DNA of 64,000 nt. It comes from an uncultured Candidatus Saccharibacteria bacterium. Its GTDB lineage: Bacteria; Patescibacteriota; Doudnabacteria; UBA920. Location: the NCBI GenBank assembly GCA_964434195.1, contig CAYSUI010000004.1:4245-68244 (forward strand), written 5' to 3'. The stretch's first letter is position 1. The number at the start of each line of letters is the position of its first letter. The position numbers were made by a program, and so were the translations under genes. This document shows positions 58,224 to 64,000 of the stretch, piece after piece. The notes beneath the pieces were generated by a model. It saw only the letters and a list, made by a program, of their open reading frames with translations, was not told where the DNA came from and made no database searches.

Positions 58224-59051
58224 TTAAAGCAAAACTCCTTGTAAAATTAATTTTTTATTCATATTAGTTTGTGTTCGTTTTATCGCCTCTAACATCTTTC
58301 TCACCCTTTCCACCGAAGAAACATCTACCAACTCTTCTTTAAGTAAACCCAATGTTATTTCTATAACACACCTTATATCCTCACCTTCCAACATTGATAA
58401 CCTATTTAAGAGTATTAATCTTTCAAACAAACCTTTTTTCAGAACCGAGACCATCTCTTTTGCTGCAGGAAGGTATATTTTTTCATACTTTATATCCTGT
58501 ACCATCTGCATTAATCGTGAAAACGAACCTTGGCAAGCTAATATATTCTCGGGTAACACTTTAATACCCTTACTTTCTGCTAACTCATTCAATTCCAATC
58601 TATTTAATCTCGAAAAACTTAATGGTATGCATCTTGAGATTATGGTCTTTGGAATATTATAGGTATGAGAAACCAAAAAAAACACAGTCCCATTTGCCGG
58701 CTCTTCTAAAGTCTTTAACATTATGTTCATATTAGCCGTACTTATACTATCTACATTATCAATTAAAACAAAGGTATTATTTAGTTCAACCGAAGCAAAT
58801 CTCGTACTGGCTAAAAAAGAACGCAATGTATCCATAGAACCTTCATTCTCTCCATCTAACAACAACAAATCAGGATGCTCCCCAAAATTCTTTCCTGTTA
58901 AGTTTCTTACATACTCTCTAAACAAAGTCGATTTACCAACACCTTTAGGTCCAATACCTAAATAAGCATTAGAAAATCGCCTAGTCTTTTCTATTTTCGA
59001 AAAAAGACTCTTAATATAATCATGACCAACTGTATTCCACTCAATATTCAT
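58224..59051 (-). CDS. holB: DNA polymerase III delta' subunit-like
   Basis: VGH, GPKGVGKST, HPD, LKTLEEP, TIISRC. Confidence 0.8.
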   Translation of the reverse strand: MNIEWNTVGHDYIKSLFSKIEKTRRFSNAYLGIGPKGVGKSTLFREYVRNLTGKNFGEHPDLLLLDGENEGSMDTLRSFLASTRFASVELNNTFVLIDNVDSISTANMNIMLKTLEEPANGTVFFLVSHTYNIPKTIISRCIPLSFSRLNRLELNELAESKGIKVLPENILACQGSFSRLMQMVQDIKYEKIYLPAAKEMVSVLKKGLFERLILLNRLSMLEGEDIRCVIEITLGLLKEELVDVSSVERVRKMLEAIKRTQTNMNKKLILQGVLL

Positions 59052-59624
59052 CTATGGAGAAACCTCCAACGAACCTTTTGTGCCATCATGCTTATTAGAA
59101 AAATCAAATTTTCCAGTTCTCTGAAACATTAACTCAAATCTCTCTCCTCGCTTTATATCTTTACCGGAATCCAACTGAGGAAAATCTACAAGATTATTAT
59201 TTGTAACCCAAAGAGCTTCACTGGCACTATTTTCAAACCATACTATATCGCCCTTAGATAATCTTAAACTAGGTGGATTAAAACTGTTTCCATCAAAAGT
59301 AACTCTAAAAACCTGTGCAGATCCACCGCCTATATCTTCCTCTGAACTAAATCTCCCCTGTATCTCCTTATCTGCAACATTTGCGGCATTCTGCCCACCT
59401 GGACCATTCTCAACGCCTCCTTTCATAGCATCCAAGTTTGTATCGGTTTTTTGCTGACTTGGGTCTGTGTCATTATTTCCCTTTATTTCCCTGTTATTTA
59501 TGTTTCTAGTATCATCCCCCTTATAATCTTCCAAACTACCGCTATTTTTCCGCATAATTAAAAGACCTGCTAAAATCAGTATAATTACCAATATTACGAA
59601 TAAAATAGAGTATTTTCTTTTCAT
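59052..59624 (-). CDS. Membrane-anchored cupredoxin-fold protein
   Basis: FNPPSLRLSKGDIVWFEN...G..FELMF..TGKF; type-1 copper Cys absent. Confidence 0.7.
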   Translation of the reverse strand: MKRKYSILFVILVIILILAGLLIMRKNSGSLEDYKGDDTRNINNREIKGNNDTDPSQQKTDTNLDAMKGGVENGPGGQNAANVADKEIQGRFSSEEDIGGGSAQVFRVTFDGNSFNPPSLRLSKGDIVWFENSASEALWVTNNNLVDFPQLDSGKDIKRGERFELMFQRTGKFDFSNKHDGTKGSLEVSP

Positions 59625-59653
59625 TGCTCCCTTTATTATACAATAAATTACGT

Positions 59654-60652
59654 ATGATTAAAAAACTAAAATTTATTGGCTTAGCCATAGTAGGCCCAAC
59701 CTCAAGTGGTAAGAGCGAACTTGCGGTTACATTGGCAAAATTATTAGACACTGAAATACTCTCAGTTGATTCTAGACAAATATACAAGGGAATGGATATT
59801 GGCTCAGGAAAAGTGAGCCCCCTAATTAAAACTAATCATAGCGGGTCATCCTCGCGGAAGTTGGGATCTAAACTACCCATATCATACTTATACAAAAATA
59901 TCCCCCACTACGGAATTAACCTTTTCTCCCCAAAAAAACAATTCTCCGCAGCGGAATTCAAAAATTATGCTAAAAAAATAATCGATAAAATAACTGAGCG
60001 AAATAAAATCCCTATACTTTGTGGCGGTACCATGCACTGGATAGACGCTATCATATACAATCAAACCTTCCCAAATGTCCCCCCAAATCCAAAGCTAAGA
60101 AAGATTTTAGAAAAGGAAACTACTGAAAATTTAATACTAAAACTTTCAAAATTAGACCCAGCAAGAGCTAATACCATAGACACACAAAACAGAAGAAGGC
60201 TCATTAGGGCCTTAGAAATTGTAATCACTAGTGGAAACCCAGTCCCCACAAGAGACAAATCACAAACAAGCAACTATCTTTGGATAGGACTAAATCCAAA
60301 ACCAGAAGACCTCAAAAATAAAATATCAAAAAGACTTGAAACTAGAATACAAGAAGGATTACTAGATGAAATACAAAATTTACACAACAAAGGCCTAAGT
60401 TGGAAAAAATTAATAAATTTTGGTTTAGAGTATAAACACGGCAGTCTATTTCTCCAAAAAAAAATTGATTATGAAAATTTCGTAAGCAATCTAACAACGG
60501 ATATCCTACATTATGCCAAACGACAAATGACCTGGTGGAAAAGAAACAAAGAAATCCACTGGTTCCAAACTGCCGAGGAAGCTTTAAATTTCATTGACAG
60601 AACCCACCCACACTGGCACCATAACAAAGACGAAATTTCACACCGAGACTAA
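59654..60652 (+). CDS. miaA: tRNA dimethylallyltransferase
   Basis: GPTSSGKS, DSRQIYKGMDIGSGK, GGT, RRLIRALE, YAKRQMTW; start trimmed to MIKKLK. Confidence 0.96.
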   Translation: MIKKLKFIGLAIVGPTSSGKSELAVTLAKLLDTEILSVDSRQIYKGMDIGSGKVSPLIKTNHSGSSSRKLGSKLPISYLYKNIPHYGINLFSPKKQFSAAEFKNYAKKIIDKITERNKIPILCGGTMHWIDAIIYNQTFPNVPPNPKLRKILEKETTENLILKLSKLDPARANTIDTQNRRRLIRALEIVITSGNPVPTRDKSQTSNYLWIGLNPKPEDLKNKISKRLETRIQEGLLDEIQNLHNKGLSWKKLINFGLEYKHGSLFLQKKIDYENFVSNLTTDILHYAKRQMTWWKRNKEIHWFQTAEEALNFIDRTHPHWHHNKDEISHRD

Positions 60653-60681
60653 ACATGAATTCCAAACGTCATGCGCCAACG

Positions 60682-60864
60682 AATTACATATTTTGTATGT
60701 AGTTTCGTCGATTTTTGAGTACGGCCCTGAAGCGACCGTGATTGGGAAAAAGCGAAGTATTTATGAAAGGATCCGGCATGCCGGTCCTGGAATAAAGACT
60801 ATTCCCTACGGTGAAAGGGCGTACGGAAAAAACGGCGAAAATACACAAAATATGCGATCCCGTC
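60682..60864 (+). repeat. Dispersed rod-hairpin family, copy E (longest)
   Basis: ATTACATATTTTGT / ACAAAATATGCGATCCCGTC arms; inner GTACG/CGTAC, GCCCT/AGGGC and CCGGCATGCCGG. Confidence 0.7.
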
Positions 60865-60891
60865 GCTTTTGCAAAAACTCTAGGAGGGAAT

Positions 60892-61407
60892 ATGGCATAC
60901 TGCGCCGATCTTCCTTTGGAAGTTATCAAAAAAATCCAAAAAAACTTCCAAATTTCACTACACTACGACTTACTTAGTAACTATCTTCAAGAAGCGTGTG
61001 CCCTTAAAAGCATACTTTCTTTAGAAGAAAAACTTCGAAATATAGACAACCTCGTTATGAATTATTTCCTAAATCACCCTTCCTTAAAGGAAGGACAAAG
61101 TGATGAAAACAACCCGGAAATTTATTTCAAAAAAAATGTAGCGGCTGTCTATTTCCTGCTCGCTGTAGTAAGCGGAGTAGTAGATAATTTTGCGGTAGAT
61201 GAAATGCTTATCAAACACCCTGATAATACCGCAACTAAAAACTATTATTTCCTCAGCTTGAACCGCAGAAAGGGTTCAAGGCAAAGAATCGAGCACCCAC
61301 AGAACAGAGTCGCCCAAAAAATGGGAAGAAAAGATCTAGAAAGCGAAGTCCCCAATTTAACCTCTTCCTCTACGATCCTTTCCTATCCATTTCCTATCAA
61401 CGCGTAA
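60892..61407 (+). CDS. Hypothetical protein (orphan)
   Basis: Start reassigned to MAYCAD, which has AGGAGG 4 nt upstream. Confidence 0.55.
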   Translation: MAYCADLPLEVIKKIQKNFQISLHYDLLSNYLQEACALKSILSLEEKLRNIDNLVMNYFLNHPSLKEGQSDENNPEIYFKKNVAAVYFLLAVVSGVVDNFAVDEMLIKHPDNTATKNYYFLSLNRRKGSRQRIEHPQNRVAQKMGRKDLESEVPNLTSSSTILSYPFPINA

Positions 61408-61410
61408 ATA

Positions 61411-62235
61411 TCACGCGTTCTTTTTAATTTTTTCTAGATAACTCCTTGCCCCATATAGACCCCCAAAGTCTCCCAGCTTAGCTTTAATAATCTTTGGCAA
61501 GGATGGATATATAGTATTTATTTTTTTCAAATGTTTTTCAATTCCTGAGATGCTTAACTGAGCATTAATCACCACTCCGCCGCCAATAACCACTAAGTCT
61601 GGTCTCCAATGTAAAATTAAATTGTACAGTCCCATTGCCACTAGACTCTCTTCTAAATCCCAAAACTTTCTATCTTTAATAGTAGATGGAATTTTTCCCG
61701 TATTTTTAAAAATAGCTGAACCCGAAACCAACTCTTCCCAAGTTTTATTTTTTTTGTTTTCTACCAATAAAACTTGCTTACCGGGTTCAAAATTTAAATA
61801 GCTTTCAGAAGGTTTTCCTTCAACAAATCTTTTCGCACCTACCCCCGTACTTATAGTAACATAGGCAACTACCCTGGTATTATCTAAGCGCAATTTTTCG
61901 ATTTCACCTAATCCAATCATAGTGCAGTCATTTTCTAAATAAACATCGCAATTGAATTCTTTTTTAAGAATATTCAATAAATTTCTATTTTCATAATTTG
62001 GCAGATTAACTGATCTTTCTATCTTACCCTCTACAGAAATAACCCCTGCTAACCCTCCCGCTACTGCTGTTAAAAACCCACCTGATATTATGGTTTTAAT
62101 TTCTCCAACCAATTTTCTAGTCGCTTCATCAAACTTTTTCGGCGTTTTGAAAACCACAGGCTTTAACGGTAGGCTTTCATTATCATAAGCTGCAATTCTC
62201 GTAGTCGTTCCCCCAATATCAAATACTGCTTTCAT
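61411..62235 (-). CDS. ROK family sugar kinase
   Basis: DIGGT, ENDC...GLGE, TISTGVG, VVIGGGV, GLYGA. Confidence 0.9.
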   Translation of the reverse strand: MKAVFDIGGTTTRIAAYDNESLPLKPVVFKTPKKFDEATRKLVGEIKTIISGGFLTAVAGGLAGVISVEGKIERSVNLPNYENRNLLNILKKEFNCDVYLENDCTMIGLGEIEKLRLDNTRVVAYVTISTGVGAKRFVEGKPSESYLNFEPGKQVLLVENKKNKTWEELVSGSAIFKNTGKIPSTIKDRKFWDLEESLVAMGLYNLILHWRPDLVVIGGGVVINAQLSISGIEKHLKKINTIYPSLPKIIKAKLGDFGGLYGARSYLEKIKKNA

Positions 62236-62244
62236 AAATACTTT

Positions 62245-63255
62245 TTAATTATTAAACTCATGCTTTGCTGTCTCAAGTAAACTAGAATCATTATTCTTCT
62301 CATTCATCCAATACCACCACTCTACACCCCATAAATAATGCCTTTCAAACCCACTCTTACGAGCATAGCTTATGTTGTCCGAAAGCATTTCGGCATTCAT
62401 TAATTCCTTCTGTCTTGGTATTGGCGTAAGCAGTACGTCAGTTGCAAACCAGGGTTCTGCTTGAAGCTCAACACCATATATATTTGTTTGCCCAACGAAA
62501 GCATTAAGCATCCCAGCTTTTAACCTAAAGAATAATGGTGGTAAATGGTATGAGTAATATCCAATCTTAGGATTATGCACAACCCTGTACATCGTAGTTC
62601 CAAAATAATCTGCACCAGATTTTGCAGTAGGTATCCACCTACCCAGCTCTCCACTATCAGTAACTATTATCTTTCTATTATCCTCACCTCTTACCCATCC
62701 AATTTCCTCCGACAATTGTTCAGTGTTTATTTTGGGACAATCCGGACCAAAACCAAATATTGGCTCATTTTCCACTTGCCAAAATTCCACTGAAGCATAG
62801 CTTTTAAAATGTCTAACCGACTCCACAATATAATTCTTAAGCAAATTCTTTTGCTCCTCACCAGAGAGCGATTTAACCCATACAGGAACATGGCACTCCG
62901 GCCACCTAGGCTGTTTTTTTCCAACAACTAAAATCACTTTCGCGTCATTCTGACTAGCTATTTGTAATTGATAATCTAAATCTGAAAAATCAAAAACCCC
63001 TCTCTGCCTTTCGACGTCATCCCAATAAATAGGGAGTCTGAGATACTTGGGTTTTAGATCCGTAAATACATCTGAATAGATTTTCTTCCAATCCATACCT
63101 AAATAGGTAACATGCCTCGACGAAAAATTAATACCTAAATCAGATTTTTCAACCGGATCAAATTGAGAATACAAAAAAATTAAAAATCCAAAAATACCCA
63201 AAAACAAAATCCCAATTATTAAATACAATTTTCTTATTTTATTTTTGTTTTTCAT
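62245..63255 (-). CDS. Membrane-anchored clan GH-A glycoside hydrolase (CPR type)
   Basis: LRLPIYW..VE..GVFDF, WQVENEP (acid/base) and ELQAEPW (nucleophile). Confidence 0.8.
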   Translation of the reverse strand: MKNKNKIRKLYLIIGILFLGIFGFLIFLYSQFDPVEKSDLGINFSSRHVTYLGMDWKKIYSDVFTDLKPKYLRLPIYWDDVERQRGVFDFSDLDYQLQIASQNDAKVILVVGKKQPRWPECHVPVWVKSLSGEEQKNLLKNYIVESVRHFKSYASVEFWQVENEPIFGFGPDCPKINTEQLSEEIGWVRGEDNRKIIVTDSGELGRWIPTAKSGADYFGTTMYRVVHNPKIGYYSYHLPPLFFRLKAGMLNAFVGQTNIYGVELQAEPWFATDVLLTPIPRQKELMNAEMLSDNISYARKSGFERHYLWGVEWWYWMNEKNNDSSLLETAKHEFNN

Positions 63256-63271
63256 TTTCCAAAAAATAGTT

Positions 63272-64000
63272 TTATTTAGTTAAAAGAATTAATCCGATCG
63301 TTATAAACCCTATTGCTATCAATTTCTGAATTAATATAGCCAAAGTTATTTTTTCTTTTAAAATTCTTGGGAAGTAAATAGTTAAAAAACTAGTAAGTAA
63401 AAGCAAAAATACATACTGCGTCCCTTGCATAGCCTTTACCAAAGTTACTGAACCTATACTAATTGCGTAATTCTCCATAAGACCACCAACTCCGCCTGTT
63501 ACCTTAGAGCCATAAAATAATAGCTTGCTTCCCGAACTTGCTTTCTCCCCCGTACTAAAAACATGTTGTCTATTTGCTTTTGGAATTAAAAATGCCAAAG
63601 CCATTAGCCCCATCCCAAACCTAGACCAAACAAGCCCTGTTAAAAATCCAGAATCGTTATATACAAATTTGGTAAAAACAAACGATATTGAAAAAAACAC
63701 AGCTGCCAACAGTGAAGAGGCCAAAGCTTGGGGATGAAATTCACCCCTAGCCTCATCCTTTTTGAGTGAAATTAAAACAGCTCCAAAAACTAAAAATACA
63801 AAAGCTATATATTGATACTCGGTCAACCTTTCTCCCAAAACAAAGTAAGCCAAAACTAAAGTAAACATTGGTATAAAACCTCCTTCTATAGGCAAAACCC
63901 TAGAGATACTAGTTGCCTGAATAGCACTATACAAAAAATATAGAGCTACAGAAAACGCCGCACCGCCAACAAGTGAAAAAAATATCCCTAACCCACTGGG
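63272..64000 (-). CDS. EamA/DMT family transporter (5' end outside the window)
   Basis: PMFTLVLAYFVLGERL and LKEKIT repeats; the frame stays open to the window edge. Confidence 0.85.
   Translation of the reverse strand, partial: PSGLGIFFSLVGGAAFSVALYFLYSAIQATSISRVLPIEGGFIPMFTLVLAYFVLGERLTEYQYIAFVFLVFGAVLISLKKDEARGEFHPQALASSLLAAVFFSISFVFTKFVYNDSGFLTGLVWSRFGMGLMALAFLIPKANRQHVFSTGEKASSGSKLLFYGSKVTGGVGGLMENYAISIGSVTLVKAMQGTQYVFLLLLTSFLTIYFPRILKEKITLAILIQKLIAIGFITIGLILLTK

Noticed and set aside
60594-60977. ORFs 60594-60977 and 60684-60929
   Set aside because: They span rod-hairpin copy E; the RBS-supported start is 60892.
628-63737. Remaining 60-140 aa ORFs nested in or antisense to long genes
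   Set aside because: Shadow ORFs of well-supported coding regions.
1-64000. Prophage, DGR, integron integrase, IS transposase, tRNA/rRNA genes, genetic code 25
   Set aside because: No hallmark genes or motifs were seen; TGA ends real genes (18900, 61411) and long ORFs are intact under code 11.

Overview
A 64 kb low-GC bacterial chromosome segment that looks like Patescibacteria/CPR (Parcubacteria-like). This is inferred from the streamlined gene order, an archaeal-type PyrH, a short ThrRS, a frr-rseP-proS block without uppS/cdsA/dxr, and several CPR-type hypothetical proteins. TGA is used as a stop codon, so the code is 11. Most of the window is housekeeping: prmC, rplY, rodA, dnaE, thrS, rarA, map, two adk, cysS, dnaB, recR, rplU, pyrH, ftsQ-like, murF, serS, lysS, greA, folD, mreBCD-mrdA, proS, rseP, frr, holB and miaA. 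It also carries a surface-glycosylation cluster and about a dozen solitary orphan genes with strong GGAGG ribosome-binding sites, often with their own sigma70-like promoters. I found no rRNA, tRNA, CRISPR array, transposase, integrase or reverse transcriptase. The most interesting signals are mostly non-coding. (1) A ~560-nt multi-domain structured RNA with its own promoter and terminator lies between dnaE and thrS. (2) A very small T-box riboswitch, with a Thr codon in a 7-nt hairpin loop, precedes thrS. (3) A family of five co-oriented 120-180 nt imperfect rod hairpins with compensatory changes is dispersed in intergenic spaces. (4) A riboswitch-like leader precedes a divergent nucleoside hydrolase. 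(5) LysRS is fused to a DUF2000/Pth2-fold domain. All structure calls were read by eye and have not been computationally folded or searched against databases.
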